From: Fistulifera solaris
Lineage: Eukaryota
Assembly (NCBI GenBank): GCA_030295235.1
Contig: AP026124.1
Coordinates: 1,240,001-1,304,000 of the forward strand
Direction: 5' to 3'
Length of the DNA stretch: 64,000 nt
Shown here: positions 11,660 through 24,155 of the stretch, piece after piece
Numbering within the stretch: position 1 is the stretch's first letter
Layout: the number at the start of each line of letters is the position of its first letter
The notes under the pieces: model-generated
The model's input: the letters and a program-made list of their open reading frames with translations, nothing else
Databases searched by the model: none
Told to the model about the DNA's origin: nothing
Translations under genes and position numbers: made by a program

Positions 11660-12649
11660 GATGATGAAGTATAGACAAGGGAGTGACTTGACTTTTAATA
11701 CGGAAGGTTTTGATAGAGCGATGTTCACGAAAGAAAGACAACAAATGCTGTGTCGAGGAAAACAAGAGGTGCTTCGCTAGAAAAATAAGCCACGGCGACG
11801 AATCAAAATGCGTGGCATTGTCGGCGGCAGTTGAAACCGATTTAAGAGAAGCAACCAAGATATCTATTTTTTTAGCTATGTCGAACTTCACGGAACTACT
11901 GAAATTAGTACCACTCGGTCTTGCTACATTTTGCTGACTGGGGGGAAATTCGAACTGTGTCACTGTGGTCGTTTTAGAGAAAGCACGGAATGTGAAATGA
12001 CCCATAAGGTTTGGCTATGAAGCAAAATGTGGAATTTCATGCACGACAAACATTATCAAGTCCTGGTGATCGAAATAATTAGTATTTTCTATCTCAGTCT
12101 AATCTCCAACGGTCGGAAGCATTTCCGAACTCCGGTCGGCGATCAGGACGTCTTCCAAAGCGTGTCATGTCCGTCCAGTCGCTACTCATGACGACTCGTG
12201 ACCCTTTCCCATAAGCATGATTCATGATTCGACGGTTTGGGCAAAGGAGTATAATATGTTGGTTTGGGACGCTGCACTCAAGACACAATCGGCGATGACG
12301 AGAAAAACGAACCTGGTAGCCGTAACTTTACTCGACATGACTCTGAAACGAAGTTAAAGCTTTTCCGCGATATTTGGAGTATGAGGGTCCACTAGTTGTA
12401 CCAGGTAGTCGTGTTCGTTATCTTCCAGATACACCATGGAGTTTTACCACGACTGTATTCCAGTCATGAGTTCGCGACGCCTTCGATCATCGATTGGGAT
12501 TTTGCTTTCATTCATTTTCATTGATCAATAAATCCTAATTGATCTTCACTCTAGCATTTAAATCAAGCTTTAATATCTTGGACAAACCCCTTTTGCAGTG
12601 ACAAGATCATCTTTGTGGCTGCGCTATTTAGAGCAGTTTGAAAAAGCAA

Positions 12650-13850
12650 GTGGTGAAGGACGAACGACCATTACGGCCGTACATTTTGTGTGATGGGTGA
12701 TGCGGAGCGATGCAGTCAGCAAAATCTGATGATTTCTGTTCATAATGTCGATGGGTGAATTACTTTTGCCGAAATACCAAAAGGTTGATCGGAGTAAGCA
12801 CAAACCGCACTGTCATTCTATAGGAGAGATGAAAAGAAAGACAGCGCTGCCAGGCGACTTCAGTAGGTCGAAAATATCACGAATTTGATAGAAAGCAACC
12901 CGAAGTTAGCTGGTCCGTGTAAAATCTGTGGGGAGGAAACAGTTATGGATTACATTGTAATCAAAAAGTGCAAGCACGAGTTCCTGTTGGTCATGCCTGC
13001 TTCGGTTCCAAAATTCCAACCGATCAAAATGGCGACACTAAATGCTCGTTCTGTCGCACGTACAAGTTCGGACATTTTCGTGTCGACGAATGCGAAATGT
13101 GGCCTGCGCGTAGTACGGGTAGTGCGCGGTGAACTGTCCGCAGAAGAACGCAACGAATTTTTCGACCAAGGCGCTGGCGGATGTAGAAAAGCTTTGCAAG
13201 GAGTATGACGACTCACTCAAAATTACCTACACGCACAACCGAGCGATGCTGTTAAATTTGCGCAGTGAACACGCTGCTGCATTAAAAGAATTGAATGAGG
13301 TTCTTCCAATGTGGACTAAACTGGCGGAAAAAGGTGAAAGGATAGGGGAAAGGTGAAAGGATAGGGGCTTCAGCATTGAAATGTAAAGCATGGAGCCTCG
13401 ATTTCTCGAAAGAATCAATGAAGGAGAATATCGGAACTAGAGGTGGTGCTCTTCGCAAAGCGATCTAATTGAACTCTTTTGCGTATCGCGAACTTTGAAA
13501 GGGAATTTGAAGACTGGACAGCTGCAAGGGAAACGTATACAAAACTCTACAAAGAGTTTCGAGTGGGACTTAAGATGACTTAGATTCAGCAACGGGAGGT
13601 TCTCTACGGTACTCAAGAATGCAACTTTCATCTCAAAAACTATGGTGCGGCTGCTCATCTTGGAGAATTGGTTATCAAGCGGGATAGCATGTATCCTGGG
13701 AGCACAAAGGTCCCGCCCTTACATAAAAAGGAGTTGGAGATATCGAGGAAGCTTGGAAAATTGCAGTACATGCGATCTTGTATGAAGCACCTTGGGATGA
13801 CAAAAATAAGAAAAAGAACTGGGAAATATGGAAGGTCGTTAATGACAAGC
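12650..13850 (+). pseudogene. Decayed paralogue of the MYND-RING-TPR gene at 14208
   Basis: Collinear fragments (GPCKICGEE, KKCKHEF, KALADVEKL, THNRAMLL, HAAALKELNEVLP, YEAPWD-like DNA, KKNWEIW) broken by many stops and frameshifts that are not confined to homopolymers. Confidence 0.85.
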
Positions 13851-14207
13851 ATCTCGCCGGTACTGACGTCAGCTAGTTATAAGTTTGTTAAGTACGGAGT
13901 ATGTATCCTTCCAGATATTTTTGTACGGCCTATATGTTACTCTAGCTGTAACTCTCGCAGCCTTAACTCTGAATTATTTGTCGGCAACTAGTTCGAGCTG
14001 GGTATGCGACTCAACGATGGCGATATGTAGTTGTAATGCTGATTTTGCAAACAGTAACCTAACTAATTGATTCACCATTGTCCGTGGCAATAAAAAAGAA
14101 ACTCGTCATATCCATAACCTTATCTTGTTCGCCGGCTCTGTGCCCGCTGTATGTGGACGCGCATTTATGCACAGTTCAGCACACCAGCGACAATTAATAC
14201 CACTAAA

Positions 14208-15398
14208 ATGGAAGACGAAAAACCTTTACTACAGTATATTACCTGCGATGCCGAACGGTGCACGAAGTCGAATCCTGCACATCGTTGTTCGAGATGCAAG
14301 ATTACTTATTACTGTAGTCCAACTTGTCAAAAAGCAGACTGGAAAAGGCACAAGTTAGGATGTCCTCCGCTGGATGAGGCGAGAAAATTACACGCGAATT
14401 CAACAAATGTGAATGAATTGGGCCTTAATGAAGGCATTACATTTCTGAAGGAAGGCAACCACGAGTCGTTGGGACCGTGCGGAATCTGCTTAGAAGAAAC
14501 AATTGATGATCCTGTGATTTTTGACAAGTGCAAGCACGCATTTTGCTGCACCTGTCTGGATCGCTTTCAAAAGGCCACCACTTTATTGGACCCTGAGGAT
14601 AAGGGCTCTAGATGTCCATATTGCCGGGCAGAGATTCCCAACTTGATCCAATCAACTCACGCTAAAGTATGCGTTATAGTAGCAAGAGTCAATCGTGGTA
14701 ATTTATCGGACGAAGAGCGCAAGGAACTGGCGAGCAAAGCTTTGGCAGATATACAGATGCTGTGGGACACAGGAGACCCCGGACTGAAGGTGAATCTCAC
14801 GCACACTCGAGCGACTCTTTTGAGTTACTGTGGTGATCACAAGGCTGCATTAAAGGCTCTTAAAGAAGTCATTCCAGCATTTACTGAGATGGCTGAAAGA
14901 GGTGCAATGGCTATGGAACTTCTGGAAAAATGTAAGAGAGAAGACCACGACTTTATAGAAGAAGCAACGAAGCTTAACCTCATAGAGCCAGGAAGTGGTC
15001 TTCTTAAGACAGACTTGGTCGGCCTTTACTTTGAAATTGCCAAGGTGCAACAGAAACTTGAAGACTGGGGAGCTGCATGGGAAACATTGCAATATATTTG
15101 TGAACATTTTCAATTAGGATCCGAGATAACTACACATCAACAAATGGAGATTTTTCTTAGTTTGCAACAGTGCGCCAATCAAATGAAGGCATATATGCAC
15201 TCAATTCAATTTGGAGAAGCTATTATGGACCAGAACAGGTTTAATCCCACCGTACATAAAGCAACCGCTATTGCGTACAGAGAACTGGGAAACATCGAAG
15301 AAGCGCGGAAGCTTGCAGCAGGGGCGATTCTGTATGAAGCACCTTGGGATGACGAGAACAAGAAAAAGAACTGGGAATTTTGGAGAGAAATCACCTAA
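14208..15398 (+). CDS. MYND zinc finger + RING finger + TPR-like helical protein (putative E3 ligase)
   Basis: MYND: CSRCKITYYCSPTCQKADWKRHKLGC. C3HC4 RING: CGIC...CKHAFCCTC...CPYCR. Helical C-terminus. Start taken at ATG 14208 (MEDEKP). Confidence 0.85.
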   Translation: MEDEKPLLQYITCDAERCTKSNPAHRCSRCKITYYCSPTCQKADWKRHKLGCPPLDEARKLHANSTNVNELGLNEGITFLKEGNHESLGPCGICLEETIDDPVIFDKCKHAFCCTCLDRFQKATTLLDPEDKGSRCPYCRAEIPNLIQSTHAKVCVIVARVNRGNLSDEERKELASKALADIQMLWDTGDPGLKVNLTHTRATLLSYCGDHKAALKALKEVIPAFTEMAERGAMAMELLEKCKREDHDFIEEATKLNLIEPGSGLLKTDLVGLYFEIAKVQQKLEDWGAAWETLQYICEHFQLGSEITTHQQMEIFLSLQQCANQMKAYMHSIQFGEAIMDQNRFNPTVHKATAIAYRELGNIEEARKLAAGAILYEAPWDDENKKKNWEFWREIT

Positions 15399-15768
15399 TA
15401 TCTTTTTCGTTGGATCGCTCTCCTTCTTGTTTGATGAGTTGTTACCTAAATTCGTTGTTGGCATTCACACACTTGCCATTACAGCATATAAAACGAGTTC
15501 CGTATGTCATCATTTCTAACATTGTGAATGGGTTGGGCGCTTACATGTCTAGTTTTAGTTGTCGATGGGCACAACAGCCTTCCTACTGTATCCGCTTATG
15601 CGTAGACGTTTATACTTTTTACGACTAGATTTAGTCGTTTAACCTTAACCGTATACGGAAACGGGCACGGGTGTCACTTGTGTGTTTTACTCGAACTCTG
15701 GTGTATTTTCATAGTTGTTGCAAGAAGTTTAGGTCTTTTCCAGCTGCGAGACAAAAAAACGGCTAAAA

Positions 15769-15915
15769 ATGGAGAACGAGAAAGCAGTAAGATTAAATAT
15801 TACTTGCGATGCCGAAAGATGCTTGAAAAGATGCCCTGTGCACCGCTGTTCAAAATGTAGGCTACTAGTCAATGGCAGTCGAGACCGAATATTATCGTAT
15901 CCAAATAGTGAGTAA
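15769..15915 (+). pseudogene. Truncated third copy (5' fragment) of the MYND-RING-TPR gene
   Basis: MENEKAVRLNITCDAERCLKRCPVHRCSKC matches MEDEKPLLQYITCDAERCTKSNPAHRCSRC. Similarity is then lost and a stop follows at 15913-15915. Confidence 0.8.
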
Positions 15916-15947
15916 TATCTAGTCACTGAGTTAACGTCATGCGCTAT

Positions 15948-17795
15948 CTATGAGGTTTCAAATAAGCATTGGTGCACTGCTGTATTTTGCAAGTTACATG
16001 CAACCTCCGTTTCTGTGTCGCAATTGACGGGTAGTAAAGATGAATGCCACCAGTCTTTTCCCGCTGCTCGATCGCCTCCCATTTCAATCCACTTCTGTGT
16101 TCGCTGTGATGGTCGCATTCCATCAAGTTGCTGTATTGTACGGCATCTATCTGTCTGAATACACCGTAAACCTTTGGCATTCGCTAAATTGCGAACCGTG
16201 AGTGCAACGTCTTCACAGTTTGTCTTGAATAGTAACCTGGCTTTCAAGTTACCGACAGAAGACTTTTGTAGAATCGTTGCAATTTGGTCCATCACGCTAG
16301 AGTCGATCATGAAACCTGACTCAACACCGCTAGGAAGCTGTGAATTTCCATAATCTTCGTGCACTAATCGGTACGGTGTCGGGAACTGAACCAAAATCAG
16401 AGCGATCGGCCCTTCGTAACTTTCGAGAACTTGCTTCAGAAGTGTTTTAGTTGAGCATGTCACAAACGACAGTCGTTTACTTATACCCCATCTGTGTGCA
16501 ATACCATTAGCAAAACTTGTAGCGCCTTGATTCAAATCGCCGCCGATGAAATTGCAATCCGGAAAGTCTGTCCCTGATAAAAGAGGAGATGGATCAACGC
16601 TTTTCTCGCAAGATGCTAATCCAAGCAAGGATACACCAAAACCACAACCAATGTCGATCACTAGGGGCTTTGTTGGATTTTCAAAACGTCTCCACCATAC
16701 GTCGGCACTTAACGTGACCAATGGTTTGTCCATTTTACTAGTGGCGGTCGGTTTTGCCAAGCTCGTCGAGTATCTCCACAGCCAAACACGAGGCCGCGCT
16801 GAAAGTAAGCTGAACCCGTTTTCTCTCAACAAGTCATCGTTTCCCGGTTCCAGCTTTGGGCCCTTCTCAAGGACACATTCCGCAGCAAACTTAAATGCTT
16901 TCTCAGCGTCACCGCCCCTTTCACCCGAGGCCGCCAGTTTTTCTACAATTTGCAAAATATCTTTTCCACGCCTCGAGGGTCTCTTTCCAACACGATGAAG
17001 CTCCAGTAATGTAATCTTACTAAGGACTTTGAAAAGGCCATCATCTGTTACTCCGGCAAGTGCGAGGTTGAACGCCGTGTCGGCGCACGTTCTACCCCGA
17101 ATGTCTGTCCCCAAGGTCAAGTTCAGATGACATCGCAGCTTGTCTACGGTGCTTTTGACTTTACTTTCGTCCACGGACTCCTGTCTCTGTGAAGACTCTT
17201 CTAAATAACTCAAAGCCTCTTTGGCAATCTGAAGCGCATTCTGGATGGATTCGGGACGAGAAATGACACGCCACTCATTTTCATCAATCGGTATGTTCTC
17301 CGAAAGTATGTGCCAATCACCTCCAACGCGAAATCGCTTATCGTTCGAATCCAAATTACGTCGAACTACAAAGACAAAGCCATACTTGACGAGGAAGTGG
17401 CAGCTGTTCATGGCCACCTCTACGCAGGTCGCCTCGCGTAAAGCCCTTTGTAGCGCAAAGAACGCTTGTGGGGCTGGAGAGAGCAGACCCCCAAGCGCTT
17501 GGTCCACTCGCGGGTCGCCCTCTGGGTTAATTGTCCATGTTGTGGATGACCAACATGCGTCCAAAACGTCGATGAGGTCTGTTGACGATCTTGTCGGAAC
17601 TGCAAGATTATGTGCAGGCGATGACGAGAGTGATCGCTGATGCGGAGAGTATTTCCGAAAGCCAGTGTACTTATATTGCTGAGTGAATGCACTGACTTGG
17701 ACTCGTGAGAATATCGAGCGAATGTTCGTTGCTACAAAATAGAACAACATGATTGCAGCAAATCCCCGAAACAGCGCGGATCGATTTTCTTTCAT
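15948..17795 (-). CDS. SAM-dependent methyltransferase, TrmB (tRNA m7G46)-like C-terminal domain, with putative organellar targeting sequence
   Basis: VIDIGCGFG motif I, QFPTP (compare FPDP) and LLFKTN (compare xKTD). Hydrophobic N-terminus followed by VSAF. Confidence 0.6.
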   Translation of the reverse strand: MKENRSALFRGFAAIMLFYFVATNIRSIFSRVQVSAFTQQYKYTGFRKYSPHQRSLSSSPAHNLAVPTRSSTDLIDVLDACWSSTTWTINPEGDPRVDQALGGLLSPAPQAFFALQRALREATCVEVAMNSCHFLVKYGFVFVVRRNLDSNDKRFRVGGDWHILSENIPIDENEWRVISRPESIQNALQIAKEALSYLEESSQRQESVDESKVKSTVDKLRCHLNLTLGTDIRGRTCADTAFNLALAGVTDDGLFKVLSKITLLELHRVGKRPSRRGKDILQIVEKLAASGERGGDAEKAFKFAAECVLEKGPKLEPGNDDLLRENGFSLLSARPRVWLWRYSTSLAKPTATSKMDKPLVTLSADVWWRRFENPTKPLVIDIGCGFGVSLLGLASCEKSVDPSPLLSGTDFPDCNFIGGDLNQGATSFANGIAHRWGISKRLSFVTCSTKTLLKQVLESYEGPIALILVQFPTPYRLVHEDYGNSQLPSGVESGFMIDSSVMDQIATILQKSSVGNLKARLLFKTNCEDVALTVRNLANAKGLRCIQTDRCRTIQQLDGMRPSQRTQKWIEMGGDRAAGKDWWHSSLLPVNCDTETEVACNLQNTAVHQCLFETS

Positions 17796-18616
17796 CGTTT
17801 TGGAATGTGCGAAAGCATCGTCCTAACAAGTTAACGAAAATTTGTGAACTCGACTGATGAGGGAGGAACTGCTCGTTATGAAAAGGTGTTATGAGTTCAC
17901 CAAGTCAAGTTTCTCTCAATGCCGTCTTCCAAGAAATAAAATGGATGGTGCCGCTTGGATGCGCATCGAAAAAACTTTGTAATTTTACCGTGACTGAAAA
18001 AATTCAGTTCTGAGTCACTTGTCAATTGTCGTGGATTGTATTACTCGCACGTTGACAGATAAGTCTCTTGTAGTTTCACAGAGACGACGCGTTTGCACAT
18101 GCTCAAAAATATGAGCGGCACCATCCCGCTATCTAGATAAATCTAGGAAAGGTATAAGATAAACCCAGTCAGAAACGAGGTCTTCGAATGGCTGTGGAAG
18201 GCCAAGTTGTGTCGAATCAGCGAACTTAGTTGTAAGCATTGCTTGTTTTACTGTATCAATCAAAATAACAGCAAGGTACATTGCAATGCAACCCTCGAAT
18301 TTTGCCCAACAAAATTGGTAATCGTAAATCACTATAGACGGAATTGTAGGCAACTTTTTGGTGTGAGTTAACTTCAGTCATGAGTTACGCCCATCGCTCC
18401 TTCTTCTCACAGTCGAGCAAAACCTTGTGTAGCTTTCCCTTCATTTCGAATGTTGCAAACCTACCAGTACACGTGTCTTAGCTAGTAAATTACAATAAAG
18501 ATACAACGTGTAGAAGTGGTTATGTTCTTTAAAATATCTCAACGCAGTGTCCCGAACAGTTATTCAAACGGCGAACAACATGAGACCAGCGTCGTTGGTG
18601 CAGTGTACAAATTGAA

Positions 18617-19692
18617 TTACTCGACTTTCTTGGCTTCGACTTCCCACGGTCTCGGAGGAGCCTTGGGTAAAGGAATGCCGTTGGCGGCATCGCGTTCTCG
18701 TCGTGCTTTGCCCATGGCCCAAGCGGAAAGGCCGCGTTTTCGGTTCCAAACTAATCCAACGCAGGCTAGCATGTCAATGAACAGTCGAGAAGGATTGAAC
18801 TGTGACGAAATACCGAATTCAGAGGCAGAGTAGTCAAAGGGGTATTTGTGGTGCCAGTTGTGCCATCCTTCACCAATGGCGAACCACGACACCAGCGGGT
18901 TCTCGGCGGGGTAACTGAGGACATCGTACGGGTGATCTCCGTACAAGTGAGCCGCTGAGTTGACGAGCCAAGTGCAGTGCAATACGTAACAATATCTGAG
19001 ACCACCAGCAACCAAGAAGGCCGTCCAGAAGTCTTCGCCCCAGAAGTGTGACGCGACTTGAGCGGGCATGACGTAGCACATGTAGAGTGCAAACCAGGGA
19101 TCAAGCTTCTTTTGGAATACAACAAGGGGATCTTCGAGCAAGTCAGAGAAATCCATATCACGGCCTGCTTTGACGACATCAGGATGCTTCTTGATGAGAA
19201 GCCATCCCATGTGCGCGAAGAAGAATCCCCGAGTGGCGTTGTGTGGGTCGGCATGTGTCTCAGAGTATTTGTGGTGTACGCGGTGATCACGCGACCAGTG
19301 ATAGATCGATCCTTGGTTAGCAATCGAGTTGGCAAGCATCAGAACCAATCTGACGACGAAATGAGCTTCGTACGACCGATGAGCCCAGAGTCTATGTACG
19401 CCAGATGTAATACCGAGGCCGCTGTTTTTGAGGTAGAAAAGGATTCTCATTAGTTTACATACCGATTATCAGAAACAGGATGAGGAGCAATAAGTACATA
19501 CCTGATAGGCCACAGAATGAACGCCCATAGAAGAGTTTCCTTGGAGCATTTGGGAAGTGCGAAGAGTCCTGCGACGGCGACAATGTGAACTAACGAAACG
19601 TAAATGATCATGGGATAGTTTAAGTTGCCCTCTTTGTAGTGATCGTAAGCCACTTTGGGGATATTACGGAACATTTGCGGTGAGAAATCCAT
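18617..19692 (-). CDS. Delta-9 fatty acid desaturase, copy B
   Basis: Exon 1 at 19692-19502, intron 19501-19422 (same position and phase as copy A), exon 2 at 19421-18617 (331 aa). His boxes HRLWAH, HRVHH and HNWHH. Confidence 0.94.
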
Positions 19693-21185
19693 ATTGTCGG
19701 TAGTTGTTGAATCAATAATGAAGACTGCCAATTTATGAGGAACCAGGCTGTGGCGACAAGTTGTGGTTCTCTCCCACCAGGCAAATGAGAATTGATGTGG
19801 CAATTTTGTTGTGTGATGACGGGGCGAAAAAGGAAGGAAAAGATCCTCACACGAGGGCTCAAGTGGGCGTGACTGGTGACGGCGCCCAAAAATTCCAGAC
19901 TTGTCGGCATCCGGTACTCCGTGAGGAAAAAGTACCGAGGTTACGACTTACGATTTTATTGTCTGCTTAAGACGTAAGCAGCGCCCAAGCACACAAGTGT
20001 ACTATAGAAGGGAGTGTAACCTTGGCAAGATGTGATGACGTGATCATACAGGTTAGGGGTTCTAGGTACAGTACAAGGTGCAAGTTTGCGCTTCTAACTA
20101 CAAGTATCACTGCTATCTGCTATCTACAAAAAAAGTCTTAAGTAATTTTATAATTAAGGCATTACCGCAGCCCATTCTATATCGCAAATATTGCTTTGTC
20201 TAAGTACCCTTGAATGAAATATACGTGATGCGTCCGACATCAGTCATTGTAAATGTCAATGTAGCTTTGAGATCCCGATACGATCATAAAAATTACTCCG
20301 AGTAAACATCAATAATTGTCTCAGTGTCTTCGTGTTCAGCGTTCACTTACGTAATACTCGTGACAAAAGAATCGGGACTCGATGCATTCGTTGAAACAGC
20401 CGGTCGGTTCCGATTTTCCTGGATCTGGCGGCTTGCTTCGAAAAGCTCACAACATATTAGCATCAATCACAGGTAAGATGAAGTTTGATCATTTGCTTTA
20501 CTCCAGACAAATGTGTGCCACTATTCATTTCTCCAAAAACACATGTCGATCATTTGATGTTGGGTGTACCGTGGAAACGGTTCGCGATAATTTATGCATG
20601 ACGGCATGAAGAGACATTGTATTTGTTCTCGTCGTTCCTTTGATGCCTTCTTTGCGGTCATCTGGACATTTTGGACTTGTGATAAAACGAGGGGATGATG
20701 GATTTCATCATTTTCTCTTCCAGAAATAAGCTATTGCATCAGTTCCACTATCTTCACCTTCAAGAAGGCGCGGTCGTCGTTTCAAAAGAGCTTTTCCAAT
20801 CTCGAATCTCGACTTCTCGAGAATTGTTCGTAAATTCGTTCCCAAAGTTCCGTAGAAAACATACCAGGACACAGTTCCACATTTGCGCCGTGATGGATTT
20901 TGACACGAAAGAGGTGCGGTTTTGGATTATGACACTTAGTACACTTTAAGTCATATTTCATCCCCTCTGCGACAAGTGAAGGAATCATCTTGTGCTTTTC
21001 GCGCCCGTTCATCGTTCTCATCATCATCATCATCGCACGTCTCACAATTTCATTGCATGACTATTGTTTTCTTACCTTCAGGTCTATAATATGACAAAGT
21101 GTTGCTTTAGAAAAATTAGCTTATCGATTCATTCAAACTCAAATACAACTGCGTCTATTGGACGACAAACTTTGTGGAACGGCAC

Positions 21186-22453
21186 ATGACAAGATCGGCA
21201 TTCCGTCTAGCACAGTTCAATCGTCTTCCGTCCGAACACGCCAAGCTGGGCGTGGCAGCGAGACGTGAAGTCATTACAGTTGAAAGACTGAAAAAAGATG
21301 CAAATATTGACAGTGACAGTGAAGATGAAGAGGTTGCTGTCAGTTGCTTTAGAGGATTACGTGAGAAGGACGAATTTGACAGCAGTGACGACGATGACGA
21401 AAGTTCCAACGCTACAGACGATGAACTAGATGAACCCCATTCAGCGGGGTAAGTAATATCGACAAATGTTTTGAGCCCATTGATGTACATGCTGCCGTGT
21501 CTCACTTGTCGCTCCGTAGAGAAGGTGTTGTTCGTTTTGTGTCCAGGCGGGTTGCCATGGGTGATTCAGAGCTTGTCAAACCCACACCATCCGCAGCGAA
21601 GGCGGAGACTTTCAGTTTTATAAAAGATTCTGTGGAGTGCTGCGTCAAATCGCGATTGCCTTCTTTCTCGCTTTACGCAACCGGTGGTAGCAATGACGAA
21701 GAGGAAATCGAAGAAGTGGACATGGAGGAGAGAGATGACGAATCCCAGGACTCTTTGTCGTCTTTGAAAGAATGCGATGAACTTGACATGGTATCCAGGG
21801 TTGTTTCTGAGTGCACGGATGGCAGTATTTCAGACACGATTGGGTTCGACTACTTCGCGTTAGGAGATAGTGACAATGATGATGAACTTTCCGAAATTCT
21901 TGAGAATTTAGCTCAAAGTTCAGCTTCTGGTGTACAAGACGATATGGAGACTTCAGAACGCTATATTGGTGTAAAGGGAGATAGCGAAGTTTTCTTGTCC
22001 ACACCCAAGGCAAAGCGAGTGCTCTCCTACAACACACTTTCGGAATTGAGTGAAGAAGGAAAGCTGAAGGTAGCTACAAACAAACGACCCAGGTTGATAG
22101 GTCAACCATCTTCGTTATTGACGGCTCTTGTGTTAAATACTGCTGCGATGTACCAAAAACCGGCGATCTCCGCGGACGAAGAGGACGAATTATATTCGAC
22201 GATGAAAGAGGAATTACTAACCTGTGACGATTCAAAGATTGGAGCAAAGAAACCAATTCCACTTCTCACACCTCCCAGTTCGCCTTTCACTATGTCGATT
22301 GATGGTGATGTTCCGACGGCTGTCTGTGAATGGCCTTCGAACCTAGTTGTTGACAGTGCGATGACGGCAGCGTGTGAGCTAAGCCCTTTGAGCTTGGCGT
22401 CCTTGGAAGACTTGGAGCTCCGCGACACAGATTTCAGTTGTTTGGCGTGTTAA
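21186..22453 (+). CDS. Acidic, low-complexity hypothetical protein
   Basis: Exon 21186-21448 and a GTAAGT...TAG intron at 21449-21519 join in frame to ORF 21497-22453. C-terminal block IPLLTPPSSP...CEWPSNLVVD. Confidence 0.7.
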
Positions 22454-22842
22454 ATAGCTGTAAGCCTGTGTTTGCTTGATATTGCTTTTTGTTGCGTTTA
22501 GGAGGCTACCTTTAGGCCTAAAGGAGACGTTGCTTCATTATTGTGTACCAGACGCGTCATAGCTACCGTCATGCTGTTCGAGACGCGCTGAGTCATTATT
22601 TGCGTCACCGGAAAACGTCATCATGCCACAGTTTATTATTCGGCAACGAAACGAATTTCGATGTAGGCCATGGAATTCTTGCGCGTTGTCCATCGATCAC
22701 AAATGAGGGCCTACGGAAGAAACCAAGCTTTATAAACGGCTGTTTCTTGAAAAGTCGATCGAAGCGTATAGCTCACATACATTGTTCTTATTGCTTTTCA
22801 CACTTTTTACATTTCCATTTGAAAAGTTCGCTCGTGTCTGCT

Positions 22843-23541
22843 ATGTTGTGGTCATTGCATTCCAGTCGACGATGGAAGTATACGTCTTACGTGACGATTC
22901 TTTTGGTGGCAACAATCTTGAGCTCATCAAACTCTTTTCTTCTGCCGTCGGCAGCACGACAAAATGGTGTTAGGAAATGGCCGCTCGCCATGTCTTCTCA
23001 TGAAGAGGACTTACGAGAACAAACCAATCCTTCCGAGCTGAATAAATCGCCTTTTCAATCATTTTTGCACGAAGTTGGCTGGAGAAACAAAAAGAGGCCA
23101 CCCATACACGTTGATGACACGTATTTGCTCTTCTACGACATCTTTTTGATCCTCAATCTCTGTGCGTCGATTTCCTTTTGGGTAGTACATCGTATGGATT
23201 TCAACTACATTGGTTCAGCCTTTAGCGAGGGATGTTTGATGAGCATACTGTGGATAGGAGCAGGTCTCTACACAGGTGCATTTCTGTATTCAGCAGTGGA
23301 TGGTCACTACAATCCGGGAGATGAACGTGGGGGACCGAAAGCTGCAGGCTTGTTGGGGTTTCAGACTTTTCTCAATGCCGTTAATTTACGACTCGTCTTT
23401 GCGCTCGTCTCGGCGGTTCTTCAACACAGACCCGTCGGATCAGGATTAGGTGAGGACTTATTGCCACTTGAAATTGGTTTTGGTTTGGTTTTAATGGGAT
23501 GTTGGCGGTTGTTTCATTCCACTGTTATTCCGCGTGTATAA
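22843..23541 (+). CDS. Probable plastid-targeted small multipass membrane protein of unknown function
   Basis: Signal-peptide-like TILLVATILSSSNS/F cleavage, a transit-like stretch, then about four hydrophobic segments. Start chosen at ATG 22843. Confidence 0.65.
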   Translation: MLWSLHSSRRWKYTSYVTILLVATILSSSNSFLLPSAARQNGVRKWPLAMSSHEEDLREQTNPSELNKSPFQSFLHEVGWRNKKRPPIHVDDTYLLFYDIFLILNLCASISFWVVHRMDFNYIGSAFSEGCLMSILWIGAGLYTGAFLYSAVDGHYNPGDERGGPKAAGLLGFQTFLNAVNLRLVFALVSAVLQHRPVGSGLGEDLLPLEIGFGLVLMGCWRLFHSTVIPRV

Positions 23542-23617
23542 CATGGACTGAAAGTTCGTTGCGCTGAGTTGCCAAAAATAAAAAGAATAAGTAAAGATGT
23601 AATTGTATAAAGGGTTT

Positions 23618-24155
23618 TTAATCACACAGCTGAACACCATTATCATCCCTTTTCTGCACAGCGTACAGGTCGAACTTCGTAAATTTCTTGCCGGTAACCC
23701 AGATGTAAAATGTCCCATCTCCTCTGTTTTCGGTATTGAAATCACAAACCGCGTTTTCAGGACCTCCTGTAATCTTTTGTTTCCTGCATTGTGTATCGGT
23801 GTTGATGTTATCTCCATTAAGAAAAGGTTTTCGTCGTTTGTCCATGTTGACCTCCAGAATGGCATTTCCTCCATTTGGGTCGACATATTCGTACCACTGG
23901 ATGCCTATTACGGCACAGCTCACATCACCAGTAAACTTTGCCTTGTACGCAAGTGTTTGGCCGGGGCGAACGCTCCCGCGTGCTCCTAAATCCGTCAGTT
24001 TATCGGATGAAAATGTGCCCAAATCCATCATTCGGATTCCCCCGCTCAAAAACTCTTCACGACCTTCATCGAAGCGAGAGAAAAGGGACCCAAAAGTCCT
24101 TCTGGGCTTTTATTGTGGAGATTAAAAGAAAAGCTGTCAGCAAAGATGTCTTCAT
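23618..24155 (-). CDS. Small secreted protein, PPC-like beta-domain, paralogue 1
   Basis: ATG 24155 gives the signal peptide MKTSLLTAFLLISTIKA. Removing one base near 24092-24095 joins it to ORF 23618-24049. Clearly similar to 24760-25311. Confidence 0.75.

Noticed and set aside
20382..21045. Short ORFs, including 20782-21045 with a CxxC and poly-Met
   Set aside because: The poly-Met comes from a (CAT)n microsatellite. I found no motif, no convincing splice model and no paralogue in the window.
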